From Naegleria gruberi (taxonomy: Eukaryota), in the NCBI GenBank assembly GCA_000004985.1, contig GG738928.1: a stretch of DNA of 64,000 nt; one strand, written 5' to 3'. Below are positions 44,301 to 54,414 of this stretch, one piece after another. The position numbers and the translations under genes are program-made. Every line of letters starts with the position of its first letter. The first letter of the stretch is position 1. The notes under the pieces were generated by a model, which saw only the letters and a list, made by a program, of their open reading frames with translations, made no database searches and had not been told where the DNA came from.

Positions 44301-46187
44301 GTGCGACGAGAATTACTTGTTGTGAAATGGCGATGATTTGATCCTTAATTGGCTTAATAAGGAGTGTGAAGGTGAGATTTCCAGAGGATTGGATGGTTGG
44401 TTGGATTTTGATGGAAATGATGGGATTGAAGGTCAATGTGAATAAGTTGGCGTTGTTTTTTGGTTTCGTCAAGATTCCAATAACATTTTCATCTGCTGAA
44501 ATAACTTCAGAACCAAACATGAATGAATATTTCAATGAAATGGTACAATTTGCAGTAGCACACTCATCCCTTGTTAATTTCAAATCTGAACTAGTTCTCA
44601 ATTCAACGCTCACAATATTGAAATCAACATTGTTTTTCACACCATTCACAAGTACTTGTGGAATTCCAATAGCATTCAGTGATCTTTCCACTAAAAGTGA
44701 ACAATCTATACCTAAATATCCTCCAGTACAAGTACAAAAGTCAGGTTGTAGACAATTGCCATTTCCAGAACAAACATTCGGTGAATTAGCCGAAACTCCA
44801 AAACAAATTGGAATGAAACAATTAGGTCCAGTATATCCAGGTGAACAAGTACAATTATTTGAAGAAGCACAAATACCATTTCCTGAACAAACTCTATTAT
44901 CATTTGCAGCAATTCCAAAACAACCAATCGAGCCACAATTATTTCCATAAAAACCTGGTTGACATTGACACTTGTTCATTTCAATGCATTCACCCCTTCC
45001 TGAGCAAACACTGCTACTGTTAGTACTCTCAATTCCAAAACACCAATTTGTAACACACATTGTTTTGAACTCATTCAAATAATAACCACTTTCACATGAT
45101 GGAGTTAGTGATCTAATTCTCTTTTTCAAAAATTCTGAAATATAAATTACACCACTTGTCTCATTAAATACTAAACCTCTTGCATCACTCACTGAACTAT
45201 CCAGAGCATCAGTGTTTTCATATGAAGTTGTGCTATTTCCAGCAATCATTGTAAGAGTTCCATTCTTGTCAATTCTGAAAATTCTTCCCTTATATGTTTC
45301 TGTTACAAAGACAGTTTCGTCCTTGGTAACGAATAAAGCACCACCTCCAATTGGGGAACCAGTGAATGCTAGTGTTGAAATATATCCAGTTTCGTTTATC
45401 ACTCTAACACCTTTCGTATCTGATAGGAAAATCTTTCCATTCCTAACAAAAATATCAAAAGGAGACTGAAGAATAGCACTAGTAGCTAGAACACCCTCTC
45501 CAGAATACGAAGAATCCAAATCACTTCCTGCTATTAATGAAATTATTCCATTCTTGACTAATCTAACTCTCGACTTGTCTATCAGGTAAAATTCATTCTC
45601 TGAAATTGCAAAGATTGAATTTGGACCTTTCAGAGCACTAAAAGCAGATCCATTTTCAGTGAAGGAAGACAAGGAGAAATCAGAATAGTTTCCAGCAACT
45701 GTGGAGACGAAACTATTCGGCCAATCACGAAGAGAAAGTTTTCTGACAATTCTATGTATTCTAATGATTAAAGATAATGATGAAATTGTTATATTGTGAT
45801 ATTGTGTGAAAATGTCATGTTATTAGCTTACCTGTCAACGTAAAAGAGGGTGTCATTGAAAATACTCGAGTCAGCCACAGTTGACATACAAATAGTGTTC
45901 TGATTACCATCAGGAGTGTATATTGAAGTGTTGTTTCCAATCTTGTTAGGAGAAAAACTTTCACTTTCCAATGAAAAGATTCGAATAGTACGGTTTAAAC
46001 CATCAGAAACGATTAGTTCGTTGTTGTATAAGGAAATTCCATACATTCCAATATCTGGTGTAGAAATTGGACCAATAGTCTTGATAATGTATTTAACACT
46101 AGCTTGTTTTTGTTCTTGTCCATCAACAGCCACAAACAGTAACAACACAATTGACAACAACAACCATGTATGACAGTTGACTTTCAT
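41350..46187 (-). CDS. Adhesion-GPCR-like receptor: signal peptide, NHL repeats, 3 tenascin-type EGF modules, large ectodomain, GPS motif, 7TM, C-terminal RGS domain; 2 exons, join(46187..45832, 45760..41350), about 1590 aa
   Basis: Exon 1: MKVNCHTWLLLSIVLLLFVAVDG (signal peptide) plus NHL-like repeats. Donor GTAAGC at 45831, acceptor TAG at 45761, phase 2. Exon 2: NHL repeats (GSPIGGGALFVTKDETVFVTETYKGRIFRI), EGF modules (CSGRGECIEMNKCQCQPGFYGNNC; CSGNGICASSNNCTCSPGYTGPNC; CSGNGNCLQPDFCTCTGGYLGIDC), GPS motif (CKFWNETTLQWDSSGCSLSTLQSNGDLICKCTHTTLFAAF), seven hydrophobic helices, then the RGS domain (LKLFESFCKKEYSLENLHLYLELKQL...FTNYIESGSIKEVNIP...). Confidence 0.75.
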
Positions 46188-47035
46188 TTCAATATTTTTT
46201 TTGCAAAGTCTAGAGCTGTTGGATTTTCTTTGGTTATAAGCTGCGAGACTTTTCCTGCCAAGGGTGGAAAGGAACTAACAGGAACCTTTCGAATAGATTG
46301 CAACATATTATTTGATTCTTGGAAACAGAATACCTGACTGGTTTCCGTTCTAGGAAGATTATAACTGCAAGGTAATTTCCAGTTGCCCCCACACACGGGT
46401 CGACTAATAATTTCTGATTCATGTTTTAGAATGAATCCGTGTTTTCTCAAAGTATTAGAAATAGTTTTGTATGTAGGAGAACATTGTTTTCTTGCAAGAA
46501 GTGATGTGAAATTTTATTGGATTTTGAAAGTTTTGCAGATTGTTACTCCGTTCTTTTTAATTTACTCATCAAACACCACAACATGAAATTCATATATTAA
46601 TAACAATGTTATGCCAACACTTTAAATAGTTTGAAAGTTTGAAATATTCGAAACATCAAAAAAAGATGTTATCAAGATCAACTACTCCAATTACTAGAAG
46701 TATAATTAAAGCTTCTTCAACAGCTCCCATTGTCAACTTTATCAAGAGACTATCCTCAATGGACAAAAAGGAAAATGGACTAAACCAATTCCTCACAACC
46801 TTTCATTCACTAACACTAACAGTGGATCATCCACATTCAGATCCTATCACAATTATTCAATGCCAGATTATATGGTAAAGGAAATATCGAACTGAGACAA
46901 CAAAACAATGATGCTGCAAACTCTTTTGGTTTCTACTCTTTCAAAAACAATAATCAGCTTGCTCTATTTATACAGTTTAGTAGTGTTAGATACAAAGCAA
47001 CTATTTCCTGTAAGATTGAATTTAAGGCTAAAATT

Positions 47036-47108
47036 TGCCGACACCAGGGATCGAACCAGGGACCTTAAGATCTTCAGTCTTACGCTCTCCCAACTGAGCT
47101 ATGTCGGC
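47036..47108 (-). tRNA. tRNA-Phe (anticodon GAA)
   Basis: Minus strand: GCCGACATAGCTCAGTTGGGAGAGCGTAAGACTGAAGATCTTAAGGTCCCTGGTTCGATCCCTGGTGTCGGCA. Perfect acceptor stem and a CTGAAGA anticodon loop. It is close to the human tRNA-Phe sequence as I recall it, with T51-T63 where human has a T-G pair. The oligo-T (tgccgacAAATTTT) follows on the transcribed strand. Confidence 0.8.
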
Positions 47109-47359
47109 TTCTTATTAAGAAATAAACCTCGTCATAATTCCTTAACTTCACAACAAATAAAATCTACTGAATGTGTATTGAAAGTTCACTTTTCCTGATT
47201 TTATTTTGAAAGTGTGTGTTTGGTAGAGAAAGGTCGTCTCTTCTTCAAATTTTCGTTGAAGATACCTGTTTTTTTCCAAAGTACCAATCATGTCATATCA
47301 GTATGGATGTCCAAGGTCGTACAAGTCAAAAATTAGCCAAAGCCAAGGCGTCTCCGATC

Positions 47360-48463
47360 CTATTGCAAAGAACAATTCTGTTTTTTTGAGGCAAAACTAG
47401 TGTGAAATCTGAAAGCCATGGCAGATCTGTAAACTTCATCAAAGACTGATTTGAGCCCCTCTTGTGTTAAGCTTGAACAGTAACCTATTTTTACGAGATG
47501 TGGAAAGCTATGAAGTTTTCTTTCCAGAGTATGTTGTCCTACTAGTGAAAAGGTATCCAAATCCTTTCCTGTTATTATAATATGAATTGGAATAAGGGGA
47601 AAAGTCATGGCAAGTTTTCTCAAATTCTGAAGAATACGTTTCTCAAATAATTGTTCATCATTCACAAAATTATTCAGTTCTGTACATTTACAAGTAAAAG
47701 CCACAACATTGAAAGGTTGCTTGATAACTTCTTGAACAATCTTCTCATTTGATAGAGACATGCACTGCATTGTGCACATTATCATACATCCATCAATCAT
47801 AATATTTGCTTCAAACAATGACTCCTTTTCCATCATACCCTCTTCTGCGAAGAAATTAGTACAATAAGTACAGAGTAAACTTGATTTTCCACTTTTAGGA
47901 AGCCCTACAATTCCAATATTCAGCCGTAAAGGTGTTGATATTGAACTACCCGCTCGTCCCAAGACAACATAAGGTGATTTACCATCATATTTTGGTAGAG
48001 AACTTTCTAATAATTCTCTTTCAAAATTAATCATTTCTCTAAAGATGTGAAATATTGTCTTGACAGAGTTTAATCTCAGCCCTAACAATTCTAATTGGTA
48101 AATGATAAAAGTCTTGTTCTCTTCCAAACTATTCTCTTTCAATTCTTCAAATTTCGGTAAATTCCTATATAATTGCAATAACTTTCTGTATTGATTTACA
48201 TCTACAATCCAATTAGACTTTGATCCTTCCTCTAAAATCATTCCTTCAATACAATTTACTACTCTCCTATAAATTTCCATTCTGCTCTTCATCAATTCCA
48301 TTCCGAAACGATTTAAAATTTCATCAACTTGTTCTTCATCTCTCAGAGAAACTGAGAGAAAATAAAGTAAATAATACCGATCAGCATAGCCCAGAAATTT
48401 AATGATCTCATTGAAACAATCATGTTGCTCTGAATACAACTGAGCAAGGAGGCAACTCGACAT
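47360..48463 (-). CDS. Atypical small-GTPase-like P-loop protein with a long N-terminal extension and a C-terminal CaaX box
   Basis: Walker A motif IGIVGLPKSGKSSLLCTY in the second half. The C-terminus ...KKQNCSLQ* is a CaaX prenylation motif (CSLQ). No clear DxxG/NKxD was read. Confidence 0.45.
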   Translation of the reverse strand: MSSCLLAQLYSEQHDCFNEIIKFLGYADRYYLLYFLSVSLRDEEQVDEILNRFGMELMKSRMEIYRRVVNCIEGMILEEGSKSNWIVDVNQYRKLLQLYRNLPKFEELKENSLEENKTFIIYQLELLGLRLNSVKTIFHIFREMINFERELLESSLPKYDGKSPYVVLGRAGSSISTPLRLNIGIVGLPKSGKSSLLCTYCTNFFAEEGMMEKESLFEANIMIDGCMIMCTMQCMSLSNEKIVQEVIKQPFNVVAFTCKCTELNNFVNDEQLFEKRILQNLRKLAMTFPLIPIHIIITGKDLDTFSLVGQHTLERKLHSFPHLVKIGYCSSLTQEGLKSVFDEVYRSAMAFRFHTSFASKKQNCSLQ

Positions 48464-48838
48464 TTTTTAAAAGGCTTGCATATTTATATTTATTTTATTA
48501 TTTTGTGGTTTTATAAATATCATCCACATGGTGTAAGAACTTTTGCCACCAATTACGTACTTGACTTTAGACATTTTAGGTTATTTTTGCCTGTTTTTCT
48601 GAAAAACAGATTTTGTAATGATGGCTGATTTCTGACGGTTCTGCCACTACAGATCTGCCATCCTTTTTTTCTTACAGAGCTTTCCACCAAATTCTTAATA
48701 AACTAACTTTTAGCCTTAAGCAAACTAATTTTCAAGAATAAACTCAATAAACAATAAAACCATCCACTACGGAGCCAACCTCCAATAGAATTAAATTAGA
48801 ATCTCGAGATATTTGGTAATAATCAAAATATTTGCGAT

Positions 48839-51800
48839 ATGGCAAATCCAGCCAAATTAAAAAAAATGCGAACTTTATTATCTTTCGTAATCTTGCTCTA
48901 TTTATTCACTATTGTGGTCACAGGTGAGGTGAAATCCATTCAGCAACAACAGCAACGAGAATCCTCATTCACTTTCTTCCTGGATTCTTATCAAGGAACG
49001 GAAACAAATGTTTCATGTCTTGATGAATCCATTCCATGTGTTTACATGTCTCAAGTTATAGACTCGGCACGATCAATATTACAGCTGGGAAACAATTCCT
49101 CAACATTATCTTTAGAGATGAATATTCTAGTAAGAGGAGAAGTAATTGACTGCGATATTCTAATTGACTTTACTAATTTTACATCAAATTTTAAATTGAA
49201 TATTGTTGGGTGGGATGATGACGACTATTTCCTATCATCATGTTATCCTTTTCTACATGTAAATAGTAAAATAGATGAGTTGACCATTGTAAAGGGGTAT
49301 TCAATTCGAATAATAATTGTATTTAATTATGAAATGAAGAATTTATCCATTTCTAAATGTAAAGGAAGTCTTACTATTCAAACTTCAATTGAAAATGCAA
49401 ACATCTTGGAAAGCGAATTTAATTCATTAGAAATTACAAGTCAGATTCAAAATCTTGTTATACTAAACGATTCGATTACTTACTTACAAGGAAATTTGAA
49501 AGCTAAACAAGTGAAAATGGAAACTATTAATATTTCCAATTTTAAATTAGTGGAAATTAAGAATTGTCATTGGAGTTCATTCTCAGGGACAAGTTTATTT
49601 CATGGCGGAGAGAAATTCTCAATTCTTTCAAGTATTATTACAGGCCCAATGATGTTTGAAGTTGTGAGTGTTTTGGAAATAATCAACGTCACTGTTAGCA
49701 GGGTTAATTTTGAGCCAGAGAATGGAAATTTTTTTGGAATAGCCACAGTTGACCAAGTGACAATTGAAAGATGTAATTTTGTGGATAATACTATTGGTGG
49801 AAGTATGATTTCAGTACAACGTTGTAAAAATTTACTTATTGTTAATTGTAAACATTCCAATAATTTATCCAAGTTTATTACAATCCTGTCATCTAGTAGG
49901 AATCGAATTACAATTCAAGATTCTGAATTTTTCAATAATCAGGCAAGTGATGCCTTAATTGTTTTTGATTCCAATTATGTTGTAGATAGCACTATATTAC
50001 TATTAGATAATTGTAATTTTGTGAATAATATTGGAGGATTGACTGGATCCGCTCTGAAAATAACTAAAGCTAATGTTCTCATTTCGAGTTGTAACTTTTC
50101 ATTTAATAAGGCAGGTTATGGAGGAGCTGTCTATATGATAAGTCAACTTTCTACTGTTATCGAATATTCAAATTTCACTAACAATGAAGCAACTCAATCA
50201 GGCGGTGCAATTTATGTGGGAGATGTTTCAAATCTACGACAATGGGAAACAGTAGAAACAATTTGTGATTCTAATAACGCATTGGAAGCTGGAGGATGTT
50301 TATATATGAAAGGTAAATCAAAGATTGATGTGGTGTATAATTTTGCTGGAATCAATAAGGCAATTTGTTATGGTAACAATATTGCTACAGAACTCACAAA
50401 AAAGAAGTTTGAATTTAGACTCAATGGATTCGAATATCAATTGATTACCAATCAGAGTATTCAAATTTATCCAGGAGAATCCCTGGATTTGAGAATTATA
50501 TTATCAGATAGATACAATCAGAAAAGTGTAATGCTTCCTGAAAATCAAATGTCTATGAAAATCAATTCTAATAATTTAGTTTTACAAACACAAGGTTTTA
50601 CAAGCGGAAATGATAGCATACTTTCGAATAATATTCAAATACTTCTTAAAGAATATCAATATGCCAACTTCCATGAAGAAACAACTTTTTCATTCATATT
50701 GAAAGATATCGAACATTCGATTAGAATGAAATTGGTTGATTGTCCACCAGGATATACCATTTCTAAAAATTATGGAAATGTCAAATGTGAATACATTCCA
50801 ATAGAAATCATTCTTCCAGCTGCTATTGTTGGTGCTATTTCCTTAATTATTATATTTGTGACTGTAATTTTGGTGGGAATTTATATTGTTAAAAAACTCA
50901 AAAAATTGAGAAGACAAGAAAGAGCAGAAAAGGAAATTCAAAAGAAATTTATTGATAATTCTTTTGTTTTCAATAATGGCAGCAATGGTTCAGATTTGAG
51001 TGTTCCACTGGTTGAAAAATCTTTCAACTCTGAGGATTCTATTCGATACACTATTCCAATTGCAGAAATTGATATATTATCTAAAATTGGAGAAGGATCT
51101 AACGGATTAGTATATAAAGCAAAGTGGAACAGGACAGATGTTGCCATAAAACAATTGAAAACTTTAGGAGAAGAGGATGATGAAGAGTTTGAAAGAGAAG
51201 CTCTTTTAATGAGCTCATTAAGACATCCGTCAGTTGTTAGTTGCTACGGAGTTTCAATAACCAACGACAGCAAGTATATGGTTGTAAGTACTTACTTTTG
51301 AGAAATAATTTGAATTTATTGTATATTAGGTGGAATACTTGGAAAATGGAAGTCTTGAGAAGGCACTCTACAAGTCTAAAATTGGAAAAGAAAAATTGTC
51401 ATTCGAAACTAAATTGAATATTCTCTTGGATGTTGGAAAGGGTATGACCTATCTCCATTCGATAAGACCTAACAAGATTATTCATAGGTAAGTTTAGTTT
51501 CTATTTACTTTGGAGAGTTAACAATTTTCAGAGATTTGAAACCGGGAAATATTTTGCTTACCAAAAATTTAAATGCCAAAGTGAGTGACTTTGGGCTCAG
51601 TAAGATGGTTTCGAATAATACAGCCACAATGACCACAAATGTTGGAACCTTATTATACATTGTAAGTTTTTCACAATATTCCATTTAACTAATTTAGCAA
51701 TTTCCATCTTTAGGCACCAGTAAGTTTTAACAACAAATTAATCATTGATTTATTATTTAATATTTTAGGAATTATTATCTAATTATCACAAAGGACAAAC

Positions 51801-52161
51801 AACAAAATTGGATGTTTATTCATTTGGACTAATCATGTGGGAAGTTCTATTTGAAATGGTTCCATTTTCCAATGAACTATCTGATGCAACAACACCATTC
51901 TCTATTTTATTACAAGTAACCAATGGATTAAGACCTTCTCTTTCTGTTATGGGAGAACATTTCGAATATATTCAAGAATGGATTGAAGATCACTTTACAA
52001 TGAGAGAAATTCAAAAAATTGGAAAGCAAACCATTGAAAAATGTTTAAAAGATTATATTGAAGTGATGAAACTCTGTTGGTATAAGGAACCAAGCAATAG
52101 ACCAGAATTTATTGAAATTACAGAAAGTTTAGAATTAATTATTGAACAAATAAGGAAATGA
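48839..52161 (+). CDS. Receptor-like Ser/Thr (TKL-type) kinase with a Pmp-like parallel beta-helix ectodomain; 5 exons, join(48839..51283, 51330..51487, 51532..51661, 51714..51719, 51769..52161)
   Basis: Signal peptide LLSFVILLYLFTIVVTG. Ectodomain with repeated GGx[ILV]...FxxN units (FVDNTIGGSMI; FVNNIGGLTGSAL; FSFNKAGYGGAVY; FTNNEATQSGGAIY). TM helice IILPAAIVGAISLIIIFVTVILVGIYIV. Kinase: GEGSNGLVYKA, VAIKQLK, ...YMVV|VEYLENGSL...IIHR|DLKPGNILL...VSDFGLSK...TLLYI|AP|ELLSNYHKG.... The 6-nt micro-exon gcacca supplies the A and P of the APE motif. Donors GTAAGT at all four junctions. Confidence 0.75.
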
Positions 52162-52560
52162 TGATAATATTTTGACACTCATTCCAATTTTTCCAACATT
52201 CATTGATGGATTATTATCACCCAACTGAACAAGTATTTTAACATTTTCTTCAAGAATAATAAAATTTTGTAATCTTGCACCTTGTACAAGGTGCCTAATT
52301 AGCAACATGGATCAAAATCCAAAAATAAAAAATACAAAATAAAACACATTAAAAAAAACCAATAACAAATACCGTAGTAGCCGCATTATCTTTTTTTTTG
52401 CAAATACAACAACAACACTAGCTACGAATTAATCATCAACAATAACAACAACTACCCTAGCAATAATAATAACTACGCGTTAACAAAATCTATCTTTTTC
52501 GGATATGCCTCTCTTCTTGTAAAATATTAAAACTATAATAATTAAACCCTAGAATATATA

Positions 52561-53130
52561 ATGAACCGTATTTCTGAACCTAATCATACATTACATAATA
52601 CATGGACCTTATGGTATCACAGTCCTAGAAGTAAAATTAATGAACAAAATTATAAGGCTTTTTTCACCAAAGTTAAAGCTTTTACTACAATAGAGGATTT
52701 TTGGCGATTATTTAATAATGTTCGTTCACCATCATGTTTACCAATCGGAACAACATATTATTTAATGAAGGATGCTATTAAACCAGAGTGGGAAGATCCA
52801 AATTGTATCAATGGAGGAGAAATGGTTTTTAGTTTTGCTAAAAAATCAAGACAAGAAGCTGATCAATGGTGGTTGTTCTCTTGTATTATGTGTATCGGAG
52901 AAAACTTTATTGGATTGGGAGATCATATTTGTGGATGTACAGTTGCAAACAGAAAGAGTATGATTAGAATTAGTTTTTGGCTTGATACTGATGAGGATGA
53001 ATACGTCAAACGTTTGGAAGACCAATGCAAAGGTGCATTTGACATTCTCAGTGCTGGCTCAACCTTGTTCAAATTCGATTTTCGATCATTTAGAGCCAAT
53101 TTGTCCAAGATATCGAAAGCTGATGATTAA
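52561..53130 (+). CDS. Translation initiation factor eIF4E family member (intronless)
   Basis: HTLHNTWTLWYHSPRSKINEQNY...TIEDFWRLFNNVRSPSCLPIGTTYYLMKDAIKPEWEDPNCINGGEMVFSF...GCTVANRKSMIRISFWLD. These match the cap-binding Trp positions and the WED motif. Confidence 0.8.
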   Translation: MNRISEPNHTLHNTWTLWYHSPRSKINEQNYKAFFTKVKAFTTIEDFWRLFNNVRSPSCLPIGTTYYLMKDAIKPEWEDPNCINGGEMVFSFAKKSRQEADQWWLFSCIMCIGENFIGLGDHICGCTVANRKSMIRISFWLDTDEDEYVKRLEDQCKGAFDILSAGSTLFKFDFRSFRANLSKISKADD

Positions 53131-53615
53131 TAAATATTGGCAAATCATCATGGACTATTAAGAATTCAATTTTTATTACTTTCAGAATATCTTACAAGGT
53201 TTTTATGTATTCAACAATATCTCACTTGACAATCACTGTTGTTGTAAGGTTGTGTGAACAATAAGAGACCTGTTTAAAGATTTTTAATAGACATGAGCAT
53301 GAGTAAATGAAGGAACCACCTAAAAGGGAATATTCAAATTAATAACAATACATCTCAATTCCAATTCCAATCACATCTTCTTAATTGTTTTGTAAAATTA
53401 TTTTTCAAAAACATCAAATGATGTAATAATTTTTATTAGGCTTGAAGACAAACTCGAAAATGTAAAATTAAAAATAATTATAAAAAAAAAATAAAAGAGT
53501 AGTAATCTAGACGTACCTCGCACTCTTTTACCTTCATCATCAAGCCTTGTTTTATTTAATAATAATAATACATTATCATCAAGCAACAACAATATTACTA
53601 GAATAGTACGATACT

Positions 53616-54286
53616 ATGAGCAGCGAAAAGAAGGTAATTGATCAAGAAGAAATTGAAAATGACACTGAAGCCGAAGTTAATGAAGAAGTAGCAGAAAGGC
53701 CTATTTTAGAAAATACTTGGACATTATGGTATCATAACCCTCAAGCTAAACTTAACGAGCAAAACTATTCTCACTTTTACAATGAAGTCTATACATTCTC
53801 GGATGTTGAAACATTTTGGAGTGTTTTTAATCACATTAGAGGACCTAGTGAAATATCGACCGGTACAACTTACTTTTTATTGAAGGAAGGTATAAAACCA
53901 GAATGGGAAGATCCAAAATGTATTGGTGGTGGTGAATGGGTTTATAGTTTCCCTAAAAAGCACGTTCCAGCTGATCAATACTGGTTAGATTTAGTGATGT
54001 TTTGTGTAGGAGAGTCATTTACTTATTCGGATAATTTGCTTGGATGTTGTGTTGCCAACAGAAAGAATCAAGTATGTAATATTTAAATAATTAATTTATA
54101 ATAACTTTAATATAGATTCGTATCAATTTGTGGGTAGATACATTGGATGAAACAATAGCAAAGAGATTTGGAGAGCAATTCAAATTTGAAGCCTTAAAAA
54201 TAGGAGCAAATACAAATATCAAAATAGACTTTAAATCTTTCAAAGATCAATTGGACGGTAAAAAGACAGTTTTACAAGTAGTGTAA
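53616..54286 (+). CDS. Second eIF4E family member (tandem paralog); 2 exons, join(53616..54071, 54116..54286), 44-nt intron
   Basis: LENTWTLWYHNPQAKLNEQNY...VETFWSVFNHIRGPSEISTGTTYFLLKEGIKPEWEDPKCIGGGEWVYSF...GCCVANRKNQ|IRINLWVDTLDETIAKRFGEQFKFEA.... Donor GTATGT at 54072, acceptor TAG at 54115. Parallel to the paralog 0.5 kb upstream (NRKSMIRISFWLD versus NRKNQIRINLWVD). Confidence 0.75.
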
Positions 54287-54414
54287 ATTCCTTTTTAAAA
54301 TGAATTTCAAAACGAACTCGACTGAAAAGGAGCTCATTATCGTTCGATTCAGAAAATCTTAAATAAATAACAAAAAAACAATATAAAATTTATCTAAATT
54401 TAGGTAAATAATAT

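Noticed and set aside
42941-44950. Several plus-strand ORFs (42941, 43727, 44366, 44712) inside the receptor gene
   Set aside because: They are antisense to a continuous 4.4-kb coding exon with strong domain content. No motifs, and low-complexity translations.
46184-46450. 88-aa minus ORF ending 2 nt into the receptor's ATG
   Set aside because: It overlaps the start codon in another frame. It is probably a chance ORF or uORF in the 5' leader. The signal peptide begins immediately at the ATG at 46187.
46639-46878. 79-aa ORF between the receptor promoter and tRNA-Phe
   Set aside because: A presequence-like N-terminus but no recognisable family. It may be real, but the evidence is insufficient.
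46908-47198. 96-aa plus ORF
   Set aside because: It runs through the tRNA-Phe gene on the opposite strand, so it is non-coding.
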